A stretch of DNA of 62,777 nucleotides, the filler included, from Stramenopiles sp. TOSAG23-3 (taxonomy: Eukaryota), in NCBI GenBank assembly GCA_900128585.1. It is 16 parts of 16 records of this genome, joined end to end, with 100 filler letters (N's around TTAATTAATTAA, not from the genome) between each part and the next. Parts side by side here need not be neighbours in the genome. Positions count along the whole stretch, not along the records: positions 19,745 to 23,588 come from LT644053.1; positions 23,689 to 27,524 come from LT644054.1; positions 27,625 to 31,452 come from LT644055.1; positions 31,553 to 35,372 come from LT644056.1; 12 more parts are not named here. One strand, 5' to 3'. Below, one piece after another: positions 19,747-31,631 of the stretch; position 1 is the first letter of the stretch; each line of letters opens with the position of its first letter. The notes under the pieces were generated by a model. The model saw only the letters and a program-made list of their open reading frames with translations, made no database searches and was not told the DNA's origin. Both the position numbers and the translations under genes were made by a program.

Positions 19747-22700
19747 ATTGAGGCGGACCCAGTCGGGTACCTTCGCTCGTCCAGTTTCAACGGGGCCGCA
19801 CCGGGGACGGAGGACCTTGGAAACTTGAGCGTCAGCGATTCGGTTCGGGAACAGCACAATACCCGGGCTGCAAGTAGCAGCAGTATCAGTGCCCTGTACG
19901 ATAGCGTGGAATCGTATGTCGAAGTGTGCCAAGGGAAGAAGGTCATAAAGAAAGTGTTAATCGCCAACAATGGCATTGGGGCGGTAAAGTGCATTCGGTC
20001 GGTGCGAAGCTGGGCGTACGAAAATTTTGGGGACGACCGGGCGATCATCTTTGTCTGCATGGCCACCCCAGAGGACCTCAGGTCCAATGCCGAGTACATC
20101 AGAATGGCAGACGAGTGCTTGGAGGTCCCGGGTGGGGCCAACAACAACAACTATGCAAACGTTCAGCTGATAGTGCGCTTGGCAAAAAAGAGTGGGGCGG
20201 ACGCCGTCTGGGCCGGGTGGGGCCACGCCAGCGAGAACCCGGTCCTTCCGGAGTCGCTCTCCAAGGTCGGCATTGCGTTCATTGGGCCTGCCAGCTTGCC
20301 GATGAAACTGTTAGGAGACAAAATCGGGAGCACCATCATTGCGCAAAGCGCTGGGTGCCCGACCATATCGTGGAACGGCGACGGGCTTACTGTCGACACG
20401 TCCGACTTGGAGAACGGAATACCGGACGAGTTGTACGACCAGGCGAACGTGAAGACGGTGGAACAATGCGTGGAGTGCTGTCAGCGCGTCGGGTTTCCCG
20501 TGATGATCAAGGCTTCCGAGGGGGGGGGGTGGAAAAGGTATTCGCATGGTCACAAGCATGGACCAAGTCGCAGACGCTTACAAAGCCGTCTGTGGAGAAA
20601 TTCCAGGGAGCCCCATATTCGTCATGAAGCTCAGCTCTGGCGCGAGGCACCTTGAAGTGCAGCTGTTGGCGGACGAGTACGGCCAAGCAATTGCGTTGTC
20701 TGGCCGAGATTGCTCCATTCAGCGCAGGCACCAAAAAATCATAGAGGAGGGGCCACCCCTCGCTCCAACGCCAGAAATTTGGGTAGAAATGGAAAAGGCT
20801 GCGGTCCGGCTGGCGAAGGCCGTGAGGTATGCAAATGCAGGGACGGTCGAGTACCTTTTCAAGGACGGGAAGTTCTTCTTCCTCGAGCTCAACCCGCGGC
20901 TGCAGGTAGAGCACCCAGTTACGGAGATGATCACTGGGATCAACCTTCCTGCCGCCCAGCTGAACGTTGCGATGGGAATACCGCTGCACAAAATCCCTGA
21001 TGTGCGCCAGCTGTACGTTAATCAGAAAGGGGGCGATCAAGAGTGCATACCGTTTGATGACCTGCAGGTCCAGTCCCATGGGCACGTCATTGCGGCGAGG
21101 ATTACCGCGGAGAACCCAGACTCGGGCTTCACCCCAACTAGTGGGGCCATACAGGAGCTGAACTTTCGCAATTCACGGAATGTGTGGGGCTACTTTTCGC
21201 TGGCATCGAACGGCCGCGTGCATGAGTTCGCGGACAGTCAGATTGGGCACATCTTCAGTTGGGGGGAGAACCGCGAAAAGGCTAGAAAAGCGATGGTGAT
21301 TGCGTTGAAAGAGTTGTCCATCCGTGGAGAAATTCGCACGACAGTTGACTACTTGGTTCGTTTGATGGAAGACTCCGATTTTCGCCGGAACTTGCTCGAC
21401 ACGACCTGGCTGGACAAACGAATACGCGCGGATGGTGCGCGTTCGCCGAGTGCCACCGAGGAGAACAACGGCGTGTCGATGTCGTCCTCTACCATTATTG
21501 CTATCGTTGGGGCCGCGTGCCGGGCCCACCAGATCAAGACGGACAACGTTTGTGAGTTTTGTCAGACCCTGGAACGGGGGCAAACGCCGTCCGCCGACCT
21601 GATCAGCGTCACCACAACAATCGAGCTGATATACAACGACGTGAAGTACAACTTCAAAGCTTCACAGAACGGGGCCGATTCCTATGTTATATCGTGCAAT
21701 GACTCTTGGGTGCTTGTCTCCGTCCGGGGCCTGAGCGACGGGGGGTGTCTCGTTCAGCTTGGGGGGAAATCGTTTACGGTGTACTTGAAGGGCGAAACTG
21801 GGGGGCTGAGAATGGTAGTGAGTGGTCAGACTTATCTGTTCACGAAGGAGTACGACCCCTCACAAATTTGTGCCGCGATGGCGGGCAAACTAGTAAGCTA
21901 CATGGTACCTGACGGTGCCCACGTAACTGCCAACAGTGCGTTTTGTGAAGTCGAGGTCATGAAAATGTTCATGCCCCTGCTTGTTCCAGAGACGGGCACA
22001 ATAACGTTTACCAAGCCAGAGGGGGCTGTTCTGGAGCCCGGGGATATCATTGCGAAAGTGCTACTTGATGACCCTGATAAGGTTCGCAAGGCATCGTTGT
22101 TTGACCGTCGCTTGCCCTTTCTTGGATCGCCGTATCCAGAGCACGATACTCGAGCGAAACAACCCCATCACACGTTTCACGATGCGTTGAAAACGGTAAA
22201 AAACGTAATGGCGGGTCGCGTTGTCCCAGAGGCCCTGCTGGCAAAGGCGAGCAAAGACCTGGATGACTCGCTGTCAAACATTCAACTTCCGTACTATGAG
22301 CTGATGGACTGTTTGTCTGTTTTGACTGGCAGAATGCCAGGTGAGCTGGAATCGTCCTTGCTTGCAATGGCTTCCGACTACAGCGACGAAGGGGGGAAGA
22401 ATAACGCGGAGCTTCCTGTCCAGGAAATCGGGGATATGATTGAGAAGTTTGTTGTTTCGTTACCTGGGCGGGAAGCGGACGCGGTGAAAATGCAGTTGGA
22501 GCCCATGTATGAAATAATTGAAAATTTCAAACACGGAATTGCTGGCCACCGCGAGCTCATTCTGACATCGCTGGTCCAAGAATACTTGGATGTTGAGTCT
22601 CATTTTGCGTCCAAACTACCGTTTGCCGAAATCCTTATGAAACTAAGACAACACTTTGCAAGCGACAGGACGAAAGTTTATGAGGCTGCCATCTCACACC

Positions 22701-23548
22701 GGGGAGTTGCCCAGAAAAGCAATTTAATCATCAAGCTGCTGGATACCGCCAAAGACCCAAGATCGCAGTTTGACGGGCTGTCGAAAGAAGCCAGAAACAA
22801 GGCAAGAAAAGCCTCTAAATTGTTGAACTTATTGACGGGCCTCTCTTCGCTGTCAAAAAATGGTGGTGGCACATACGCGCCTGTCACGCTGACGGCGAGA
22901 AAGATGTTGATCCGATACTATTTGCCCTCTTTGAAAGAGCGCCGGCTAGCCGTGCAACATGTGCTGGAGAAATCATCGTTGACGCCGTCAACCGTGACTC
23001 CGTTGGAGGAAACCAACAAACGCGGTGACTCGCTGTCCTCCGTAGTCGAGTCATCTCAGCCAATTTTTCAAACCATAGTTCAATTTTGGGAGCCGAACGC
23101 CAAAGATGGTCATTTTGCCGCTACTGCCATGGAAGCCTATATTCGACGTGCTTACCGGGCCTATAACATTTCGTCCGTCGTGGCCCCGAACGACCAAGCA
23201 TTTCAATACATTCAATTTGAATTCAACATGGAAATGGACGTGGTCTCGCCATCTGGGCTTAGCAAAATGCACAAGAGCGATTCTTTTGGAAGTCTCAACC
23301 TTGCCTCGATGGCCAAATCAGCCGGTGCGGGTTCGCCGCCCGCCAGGCAAGGAATCATGTGCGTGTTTCAGACTGTTGAGGACATGAAAAATCACTTTAC
23401 CACGGTTTTGTCGCTGCTGTCGGATAGCTCTAGCCCGTCGGGAGGCGGGAAAGGGAGTCAAGGGCCCCCGCACACGCTGCACATTGTGCTCTTGGACAAA
23501 GAGCTTGGGGGTGGTACGGTAGGACTGGACAAAATAATCCACCTATAA
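19747..23548 (+). CDS. ACC1: Eukaryotic multidomain acetyl-CoA carboxylase (BC, BCCP and part of the central domain); partial, with a +1 frameshift in the G run 20520-20529
   Basis: [39 protein letters not shown](G)[32 protein letters not shown] and biotin motif EVMKM (21953-21967). The carboxyltransferase domain is not on this contig. Confidence 0.95.
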
Positions 23549-23745
23549 TTAAGGATATGTATCTATACGAATTATTTATGCTGTGTATNNNNNNNNNNNN
23601 NNNNNNNNNNNNNNNNNNNNNNNNNNNNNNNNTTAATTAATTAANNNNNNNNNNNNNNNNNNNNNNNNNNNNNNNNNNNNNNNNNNNNCATTCATTCTTT
23701 TCTGGATTAAGTTAGGGTTTAGTATTATAACCCCCCCAACACATT

Positions 23746-24720
23746 TCAATTCTTTCTTTCATTCTCAATATTTTCGAACAGCACGTTCGATACAACGCCG
23801 CCCCGACCGTACCCGGTTTTGATCCGCAAGGGGTGGAGCACGTCGTCGAACTTCACATTTCGAACGACGACATCGTGCACCCCCCCGCTCATCTCGCTTC
23901 CGATAGAAATGCCATCACCGTGAGGCACGATTATATTTTCCACAAGGATGTTGAACGATGGCTTGCCAAATTGCCGCCCTGCGCCGTCTTGCCCAGACTT
24001 TATTGCAATTTGATCGTCACCACCCGACAAGGTGCAATTGCGAACGACGACGTTCGAAGAGCTATCTGGGTCAATGCAGTCCGTGTTTCGGCTGTACACC
24101 GGCGCTTCAATGGTTACACGTTCGATGAGGACATTGTCACACACATACAAATGCACCACCCAAAACGGTGCATTTTTAATCGTCACGTCGCGCACAAAGA
24201 GGTTCGACGAGTACATTGGCTCGTACAGACGGCCCCTGGTGTGCTTCAAAGTGTCTTTGTGCCCAGGCAGTCGTCCCGAGCGTTCCCACCAGACAAACCC
24301 TTGGCCATCGATGGTCCCAGTTCCATTGATGGTCACGTTTTCGGCATGAAAAAGGCCGATGAACGCGCCGTACCGGTTGACCATCGACCCGAAGTTTTCC
24401 ACGGGCTTCGGATAGGACGGCAATGGCGCGACGACCGGCCATAGTTGCGGCTCAGTCGTCGCCAGCAACGTCCCTTCGACGGTGAGCACGCGGTTGCTTG
24501 TGAGATTGAAGGGCGCAGACAAAAATGAGTAGTGGGTCGGTAACAGCACTGTGCCACACGCCGCGATGGCAAGTTCAATTGAGTGAGTGTCCAATGTTTT
24601 CCCGTCCCCTTTCGCACCGTAATCAAGGACGTTGCACACCTTGGCCGCCCCTGTACAGATAAGAGCAAAGCACCAGGCGAGGGCCAGAGTACGCGGCAGC
24701 AGGGCAACCATGGGAGGCAT
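23746..24720 (-). CDS. Secreted GH28 polygalacturonase-like enzyme, C-terminus lost at an inversion junction near 23767
   Basis: Signal peptide; NVLDYGAKGDG; GTIDGQG; catalytic NTDCID, GDDQIAIKSG, GDGISIGSE, RIKT. Confidence 0.9.
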   Translation of the reverse strand: MPPMVALLPRTLALAWCFALICTGAAKVCNVLDYGAKGDGKTLDTHSIELAIAACGTVLLPTHYSFLSAPFNLTSNRVLTVEGTLLATTEPQLWPVVAPLPSYPKPVENFGSMVNRYGAFIGLFHAENVTINGTGTIDGQGFVWWERSGRLPGHKDTLKHTRGRLYEPMYSSNLFVRDVTIKNAPFWVVHLYVCDNVLIERVTIEAPVYSRNTDCIDPDSSSNVVVRNCTLSGGDDQIAIKSGQDGAGRQFGKPSFNILVENIIVPHGDGISIGSEMSGGVHDVVVRNVKFDDVLHPLRIKTGYGRGGVVSNVLFENIENERKN

Positions 24721-25323
24721 ATATGAGAGAAGGGGAGGCGATGCGATACGCGAACGGGTTGGCACACAAGGCGACGATCTCAGTGAATCGATTGAACGGA
24801 GGTTGTCCCGAGAGGTATACGATGAACCAAGACCAACCGTTGGTGTTTATTCTTATTATATATATATTTTAAAAATATAATATACCATCCATCGCGTCAT
24901 ATATAATAATTCCAATAAAATATAAACGAAGAAGTATAATAAATATATTAATAGTCGTTCTCTTCTTCTGGGAAAATTCAAAAACATTAATAATGATAAT
25001 TATTTATTAATTATTATTATTATTATTAATTTTATAATAAATAATACTATAATAGGTTGATGATCTGATGATGATGTGATGAGATGATTGATTTAAAATA
25101 TGCCAACAAAGTACCTACCGGTTTCCTCCTTTTTTTATTTAGTACAGGTACGGTACGGTACAAATACACGCCCGCCGGCCGGCCGCAGTATGTTTTCAGA
25201 TAAAACTCAAAATAATTTAATACACATACTGGTCGATGTATGCTCGCACTAAAGTTAGTCCGTGAATACATATGTAGTTTTTAACGCGCGCCCGAATGTG
25301 TTCCTCATCCGTATAGCTAGCTC

Positions 25324-26763
25324 TCACGACTTTCGTTTCGTGGGGCTCACGAATTTACCGTGCATAAAGAACACCCTTTTGGAGGCGTCCTGTACGATCG
25401 CAGGGTGGCGTTTCTGCTTTTGTTTGTGGAACATGATGGACCGTACCTTCGCTTTGGTTTCCCACGAGCTTGCAAGTGTTCGCGACTTGATAAAGGAATC
25501 TGCCATGTCCTCCACTTCCATCCTGCCGTGAGTGTATGGGACCTGCTGGTACGAGACGCTCCCATCTTTGGCCCGGGCGCCGTGCCATCCTTTCAAAGAC
25601 ATGGCTGGGTTTTTGGAGTACCCGTGTCGAAAGTGGTGCTCTCCTGCGTTTCTGGATATTCGCTTGCTAAGCATGGGGGACCGGGACACTTTTACGTTCT
25701 CTGTTTCGCACATGGCCGTCCCCTTGTACCGGGACGAGAGGGGGCGTGCTGCAATGGCGCCCGTCCCGTCTACCTTAACGTGACCTTTCATCGTGATCGT
25801 AGTCTCCGGTGTCCACACCATGGGCGTGCTGACTTTCCACACTTTCCCTTTCGTCCCCATGCGAGGGTTGAGCAGCGTGAACACCCGCCTCTCTTCGTCT
25901 GGGGTTATTCCATAATCTGGCACGTCGTCCCCTGCCCCGCCGCCCCCACTCTTCTGGTACCCAAACTTCTTCCACTTCCTGCGCCGAAGCGCCCTTCGTT
26001 GCTCCGGGGACGCCATCGAGGTCCCGATTGCGACGGAGTCGTTCAGGTCGTCCCCCCCCGGGACTAAAATGCTGCTAACGTTTCCTATCCCCCCAAGCAT
26101 CGCCCGGCTGCTGCCTAGGCTGCTCTCCCCGTGCTCTATGTCTTCCTCCTCCCCCACCATGTCGTCGTCCTCCTCCTCCTCGTCGCTGTCCCCAGCTATG
26201 CCCAAATGCCTGCGCGTCAAATTCATGTATTTCTGCCGGTTCCTGTCGTTTTTGTACATTCGTCGCTTGGTGCGCTCGATCAAGCGCAGCGTAGTCTCGC
26301 TGAAACTTTCCCTGATTCGGTCCAACGCTTCCTCGCTATTGGCGGACGCGTCCTTGTCCACCAGCGTTTCTTCCCAGCGGCTCTTCTTGTCGTCGGCGAG
26401 CACGCGGTAGTCCATGTCTAAATTCTCACGGTGCACAGCGTCCAGGCTCCCGGCTTCAAAATCTTCTACGACGTCCGCCGCACTCTTCGGAAACGGGGAC
26501 ATGATCTTCGTGACTTCCGACTTGGTCCGTGACGGCGACCCGCTGTTCACGGGAGGAGTGGCCGGCCGCTGCTGCGGGGTCGCCGGGCCTGGGCTGGTGG
26601 TCGAAGCGTTGAGGGAGGACTGGTGTCCCAGGTTCCTGTGGTGCACCCAGTCGATTCTCGCCTCCACAGCTCGGTCATATAGGTGGTCCTTGATCGTGTC
26701 CCGAATGTACCGCTGGCGCACCTCCCATTTCGCTTCAAACCGTCGTTTTGTGGTAGAATCCAT
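25324..26763 (-). CDS. Hypothetical protein (acidic tract, basic C-terminus)
   Basis: ~479-codon GC-rich ORF between AT-rich flanks, ATG at 26763; no family recognised. Confidence 0.7.
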   Translation of the reverse strand: MDSTTKRRFEAKWEVRQRYIRDTIKDHLYDRAVEARIDWVHHRNLGHQSSLNASTTSPGPATPQQRPATPPVNSGSPSRTKSEVTKIMSPFPKSAADVVEDFEAGSLDAVHRENLDMDYRVLADDKKSRWEETLVDKDASANSEEALDRIRESFSETTLRLIERTKRRMYKNDRNRQKYMNLTRRHLGIAGDSDEEEEDDDMVGEEEDIEHGESSLGSSRAMLGGIGNVSSILVPGGDDLNDSVAIGTSMASPEQRRALRRRKWKKFGYQKSGGGGAGDDVPDYGITPDEERRVFTLLNPRMGTKGKVWKVSTPMVWTPETTITMKGHVKVDGTGAIAARPLSSRYKGTAMCETENVKVSRSPMLSKRISRNAGEHHFRHGYSKNPAMSLKGWHGARAKDGSVSYQQVPYTHGRMEVEDMADSFIKSRTLASSWETKAKVRSIMFHKQKQKRHPAIVQDASKRVFFMHGKFVSPTKRKS

Positions 26764-27680
26764 TCGAGCAATACCAACACACACACACAGAGAAAGAGAG
26801 GGAGATAAAGCTGTTTATTAAATACAAAACGCTAGTGTATATATCTAAATGATGGCGAACGGTGACCGATGAACTACCCCAAAACTTATCAATCATCGAT
26901 TTAAATAGTATTTATCGATCTCCTATTATCTAACAGTTGGTTTCAAATTGGATGTTGAAATGTATAAATAATAAAAAAAATATGTAAATGTGCAAATGTG
27001 TGTTTGTACATCATTCATTTCTTCTTCTTATTGTTGTTTCTTTCTTCTTCTTTTTTTTTCTTTCTTCTTCTTCTTTCTTGTTTTACCAATTATTTAGGTA
27101 GGATATAGCAGGTGGTAGTAACAGGTTGAAGAAAAAAAAAAAGTGCGCGAAGAAGAAGAAGAACGAAGGAAGGAAGGAAGGAAGGAAGGAAGAAAGAGCA
27201 GAGCGAGAAGAAGGAGAAGAAGAATGAAAAAAAAAAAAATGAAATAAGTTAAAAATAAAATATCTTCTATCTCTGTATAATACTATTTCTATGTTAATCA
27301 TTATAAAAATATTAAACGGATTTAAAAAATTATTATTTAGAAGAAGAAAGAAGAAGAGGGAGAGACGTAGGTGAATGAATGTAATTATAATAAAATCACA
27401 GAATGGGGGTCACAAGGATTAGATGAATATAATATAGGAATAGGATGAGAATGAAAGAAAGAATTGAAATGTGTTGGGGGGGTTATAATACTAAACCCTA
27501 ACTTAATCCAGAAAAGAATGAATGNNNNNNNNNNNNNNNNNNNNNNNNNNNNNNNNNNNNNNNNNNNNTTAATTAATTAANNNNNNNNNNNNNNNNNNNN
27601 NNNNNNNNNNNNNNNNNNNNNNNNTTATCTTTGCTCTTTTGGTCTTACTAATCGATATACCCTTGTCACTTAGTCTTGAC

Positions 27681-27834
27681 TATCATTCTCAGGTGTACTC
27701 CATGCATGATCTGAATCGGTAAGTGGATTAGCGCTGCTTCCACATGACCCATAATCAACTTCCTCATCCGGTGTCCCATTCATAGATGACTCATTCCCTG
27801 TAAGATTTTCAAAGAAGCGGCGTAATTACTTAAA
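27681..27834 (-). repeat. Dispersed ~150-bp repeat, copy A
   Basis: Shares gtgtactccatgcatgatc and catagatga(c/a)tcattcc with copies B and C, and gacccataatcaact and agcggcgtaatt with copy C. Confidence 0.85.
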
Positions 27835-27954
27835 TAAAGCAAGAAAATTGGCTGTTGTTTAACCAATTAATCGAATTTCTACTCAAAGCCTTGTCCTTGC
27901 TTGTTTATAAAATTTAAAATTTTTCCAACAAACAACGGCACACTATAATAAGTT

Positions 27955-30900
27955 TCAACGACGAAACGAACGCTTCATGCTCGGCCAAACATCTTTCATG
28001 AGGGGACGGTCGGACGGCTTTTGGGACCAGCACTGGACCATGATCTTGGTGATTATGCCTCGAACAAAGCCTTCCTTGGAATTATCTTCCGACTCTGGGG
28101 GGTCGTAGGGTGGCCGTGCCCCGTTTAAGACTTTGCGAATGATCCCGTGGCCCGTTTCTTCCTTTTCCCACGGGACGTTAAACGTGAGTAAATTGTACAG
28201 TACCATGCCGTATGAGTAGGCGTCCGAAGGGGCATCAAAACTGGCAGTATGGCTTGTGAACGTCTCTGGGGCAAGAAAGCGAACGTCTCTTACATCGTTG
28301 CTAAACGCGGAGACCGTCCCAGATATGGAGCACATGGATGAAACGCTAAGTTTGCACCGGCCATCCGCCGCTACCAGAATGTTGCTGGATTTTATTTTTC
28401 CGTGCACGAACTGTTTTTCGTGCAGGTACGCCAGGGCTTCTGTAATGTCCATGGTGAATTTCATTGCTTGGTAGATGTCGAACAATTCCCCGTCTGCCTT
28501 CCGCTTCTCAATGTACGTTTTGAGGTCCCCCATTTTCGCAAATTCGGTTATCAAGTACCGCAGCCGTTTCCCTGGGTAGTCAATGCTGCCGAGGCCGTAA
28601 AAGAGCAGCAGGGTTGGGCCTCTTAGCTGTTGCAGGGCGACTATTTCCTCGCCCCACTCCTTGTTAGCCTTCTTTGAGGTTGCCCGATAGCATTTTATCG
28701 CGACGTCAATGCCCTCCAGCACCGTGTATGTCCCCCGAAAAATATCGGCAAACTGGCCTTTGGCGATGTGCTCCTTTGATTGTATTTCTGAGTACGGTAT
28801 TTTCCACCCCCTTTGGACGTGTTCAACTTCACTCCATCTGTCGGTTATTTGTCGTTCCGTTTCGGAAATCAAATTTTCTTGCAAATCGTTGTTGTCCACC
28901 AGCATGTTGTAGTTGACTTCGACATTGCGTTTTCGAATGTACCCTCGCAAGGAGACAGCGGCCACGACCACGAAAATTGACACCGCGACGACGACAATTA
29001 TACCAATGGGGTTGATCTCACAGTCGACTTTCCGATAAAACGAGAATTTATTATCTCCGCACTCACAAATTCCTGTATCGAAGCGGCACTCAAAACCTTC
29101 TGCGCATTTGCACCGGTGCTGGCATTGGGAGCCCCAAAAACCCTTCTTGCATCTTTGGCAGTTGGCCTGGTACTGGTCATCAATAGTGCAAAATTCCGCG
29201 TTCGCCAACAAGGCCCGATTGAATGTCTTTTTGCAGCTCGATATGGTTTTGCTCCCCGCCCCTTCGGTCCAGGACGCATTCGGGCATTTGAGGCACGAGT
29301 CGCTGGCACGATCGGATTTGTAATACCCGACCTGGCAGTTTTGGCAGTACGTCTCGCCCATGCCTGGGTGACGGTCGACGGAGTACTGGCCATTGGGACA
29401 GTGGCTTACGTAGACGGAGCTTCCTTGCGAAAATTTGTACGTATCGAACAGCAGGCCACCGACGTGCAAGATCAGGTGCGGCGCCGAGGAGGTGCTGGGC
29501 GGCACGAGAACAGCCATCCCGCGATGACGGGGGTACGGGTTCTGCACGTCCCAGTGCCACCCCGAGGCGCTGGGGTCTTCAGGGTTGTAAGAGAACGTCG
29601 CCTGCCCGCCCGCCCCGATGGCGACGACGGTGTTATGGTTTCCGCCGGTCATCACGGCCTTTTCCGCGTTCAACGTGTCGGGGAAGATTTTAGTTTTAAC
29701 GCAGACCCAGCGCATTGCTCTCTTACCGCTGCGGCCTGGTTCCTTCAAACACTCTTGGGAGGTGCAGGTCAGTATCCACGTGCACCGCGTCTCGTCAAAG
29801 ACCAGCAAAACGACGGAAACGCCACCGAAACCGTTGCCGGACTGGAGCCCGGCCATCAAAGGCAAGGACTTGGCCACCTTTGGCCCACCGTCGTCGGGGG
29901 TGACTTCCCGCCACCTGCACGATGCCACGGTGGTGCTGCTGCAGGAAAAGTACCAGACTTCCGTCGAACCGCCGCAGTACATCAGGACCCCGGACGCATG
30001 ATTGGATTCCCACGTCACCGCGGCATTTCCATTCCGCGGGGGTTCCGAGTCTTCTTCCTTACGGGCCAGTTTTGTCCACTCGAACGTTTCCCCATCCAAG
30101 AGCCACGATGTGCTTTGCAACCCGTCCTCCACTCCGGCCGTCGTCGCAATGCCGCCGTGCAACAGAAACATTTCTTTTCTCAAGCCTTCTTTCGCCTTCA
30201 TCGTGAAGCGCGTAAGCATCCCGCGGTGGTGCTTCGGCGGCCATAGCTCGGTTTTGTTGTCCACACGGACCCACGATTTAGACCGCGCGTCAAGGTACCA
30301 AAGGTGGTCAGTGAGTGCTTCGCATTCTTCCCTGCCGGGAGACGATGCCTCCGCGGCGAACCCGCCGAACAGGAGCACCCCGCCGCGTGCCGACCCCGTG
30401 ATCCCACTCTCGAAGCGGCCCGGAATCTCTGGCCCCGTGTCGGCCTTGACGTCTGCAAACGCCCACGCCCGCACGTTGTCCTTCACGATGGTCCCTTCCC
30501 ACCTGCTGTCGAGCGATTGCACACCATCGTTGCCGCCCAACACCAACACACTGTTTTGGCCGTTCTTTACAAACCCGAACTGGCGCCGCCGCTGCCCTGG
30601 GGCACCACTTTCTATGGAGGTCCAGGCCCACTTGTTGTCCGCGCCGTTGAACACGAACATGGCGCCGATGTTCTGTTGACGCTGGAACTTGGTTATCCTG
30701 TCCTTCCAGTCGAGTTCCATGCTATGGCCCGTGCAGTTGGGGCACTGAATTGCTGTGGCGAACAGGACGACGGCGTTGCGTTCCTTGAACGAGACAGCCT
30801 TGTACGTTCCTGCGGGGAAGAACACCGATGGGCACTTGTTGTCCTTTCGGCAGCTCGCAGTCATTTCTAGCTCGGGAGGCGCGGAGTCCAGCTTTTCCCA

Positions 30901-31452
30901 CCGGTTTGTGTTCCTGTCAAACAGCCAGGTCCACGGGCTGGGGGTGTCGACGCCGAAGGCCTTTTGCCCGCCAAAAAGGAGCACCTTGTCCCGGTTCAGC
31001 AGGGCCATTTCTGCTTTCACCAGGGACCCCGGCCATTGCCCATCGCCGTCGTTCTCCCGCTTTAGCATGGCTTCTTCGTCGTTCTCCTTCCCGAGCGGGG
31101 ATATGTTGTCCCAGAACACGACGTTGGTGGCGCGATCGTAGGTGGCTTTCCAGAAAAGCCGATAAACTTGTTCCTTGTCCCTCAGCACCAAGTCGGCCCC
31201 GCCGTACAGCAGAAACTCGCCGTCCCCCGATTTGGCAAGTGCAAAGTCGCGAATTTGCGGGAACGCGTGGTTTTCCGTTCTCGTTTCGAACCGCACCTCC
31301 CGTTTCCACGGGCAGTACCGCGAGCTGGACCCATTCGCGGCAAGGTCCACGTCGCTCGCCTGCAAGTAGTCAACCACAATCTGGGCATCAAACACCCAGT
31401 GCAACGAATCATTGCCCCCAGCCTCTTCACCTTCATCTTCAGCCTCTCCCCC
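27955..31452 (-). CDS. Receptor-like TKL pseudokinase: Kelch-like propeller repeats - Cys-rich (TNFR/ephrin-receptor-like and EGF-like) - TM - kinase fold; 5'-truncated
   Basis: Repeated LLFGG/LLHGG..W.Y/W blades; CQNCQVGYYK..CLKCP..SWT..GSKTISSC; CKKGFWGSQC; TM IGIIVVVAVSIFVVVAAV; IAKGQFADIF, VAIK, HGKIKSSNIL, FLAPE, SDAYSYG, CWSQKPSDRP. Confidence 0.88.
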   Translation of the reverse strand, partial: GGEAEDEGEEAGGNDSLHWVFDAQIVVDYLQASDVDLAANGSSSRYCPWKREVRFETRTENHAFPQIRDFALAKSGDGEFLLYGGADLVLRDKEQVYRLFWKATYDRATNVVFWDNISPLGKENDEEAMLKRENDGDGQWPGSLVKAEMALLNRDKVLLFGGQKAFGVDTPSPWTWLFDRNTNRWEKLDSAPPELEMTASCRKDNKCPSVFFPAGTYKAVSFKERNAVVLFATAIQCPNCTGHSMELDWKDRITKFQRQQNIGAMFVFNGADNKWAWTSIESGAPGQRRRQFGFVKNGQNSVLVLGGNDGVQSLDSRWEGTIVKDNVRAWAFADVKADTGPEIPGRFESGITGSARGGVLLFGGFAAEASSPGREECEALTDHLWYLDARSKSWVRVDNKTELWPPKHHRGMLTRFTMKAKEGLRKEMFLLHGGIATTAGVEDGLQSTSWLLDGETFEWTKLARKEEDSEPPRNGNAAVTWESNHASGVLMYCGGSTEVWYFSCSSTTVASCRWREVTPDDGGPKVAKSLPLMAGLQSGNGFGGVSVVLLVFDETRCTWILTCTSQECLKEPGRSGKRAMRWVCVKTKIFPDTLNAEKAVMTGGNHNTVVAIGAGGQATFSYNPEDPSASGWHWDVQNPYPRHRGMAVLVPPSTSSAPHLILHVGGLLFDTYKFSQGSSVYVSHCPNGQYSVDRHPGMGETYCQNCQVGYYKSDRASDSCLKCPNASWTEGAGSKTISSCKKTFNRALLANAEFCTIDDQYQANCQRCKKGFWGSQCQHRCKCAEGFECRFDTGICECGDNKFSFYRKVDCEINPIGIIVVVAVSIFVVVAAVSLRGYIRKRNVEVNYNMLVDNNDLQENLISETERQITDRWSEVEHVQRGWKIPYSEIQSKEHIAKGQFADIFRGTYTVLEGIDVAIKCYRATSKKANKEWGEEIVALQQLRGPTLLLFYGLGSIDYPGKRLRYLITEFAKMGDLKTYIEKRKADGELFDIYQAMKFTMDITEALAYLHEKQFVHGKIKSSNILVAADGRCKLSVSSMCSISGTVSAFSNDVRDVRFLAPETFTSHTASFDAPSDAYSYGMVLYNLLTFNVPWEKEETGHGIIRKVLNGARPPYDPPESEDNSKEGFVRGIITKIMVQCWSQKPSDRPLMKDVWPSMKRSFRR

Positions 31453-31552
31453 NNNNNNNNNNNNNNNNNNNNNNNNNNNNNNNNNNNNNNNNNNNNTTAA
31501 TTAATTAANNNNNNNNNNNNNNNNNNNNNNNNNNNNNNNNNNNNNNNNNNNN

Positions 31553-31631
31553 TTCTTCTTTCTTCTTCTTCTTCTTCTTCTTCTTCTTCTTCTTCTTCTT
31601 CTTCTTCTTCTTCTTCTTCTTCTTCTTCTTC
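31553..31631. repeat. (TTC)n microsatellite at contig edge
   Basis: About 26 pure TTC units. Confidence 0.97.

Larger units (their letters stand above)
23689..27524. repeat. 79-bp perfect inverted duplication of the contig ends (23689-23767 and 27446-27524)
   Basis: cattcattcttttctggattaagttagggtttag...tcattctca is the exact reverse complement of the contig's last 79 nt. Confidence 0.95.

Noticed and set aside
19747-23548. ACC as a pseudogene or a split BC/BCCP-only enzyme
   Set aside because: A single extra G in a homopolymer, otherwise intact motifs, and the end lies ~40 nt from the contig edge (possible donor near 23519, or a chimera).
23689-27524. Terminal inverted repeats containing TTAGGG, suggesting a transposon, linear replicon or telomere-capped minichromosome
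   Set aside because: There is only one TTAGGG per end and no transposase or polymerase gene, and the left copy truncates GH28 mid-domain; it fits a fold-back chimera better.
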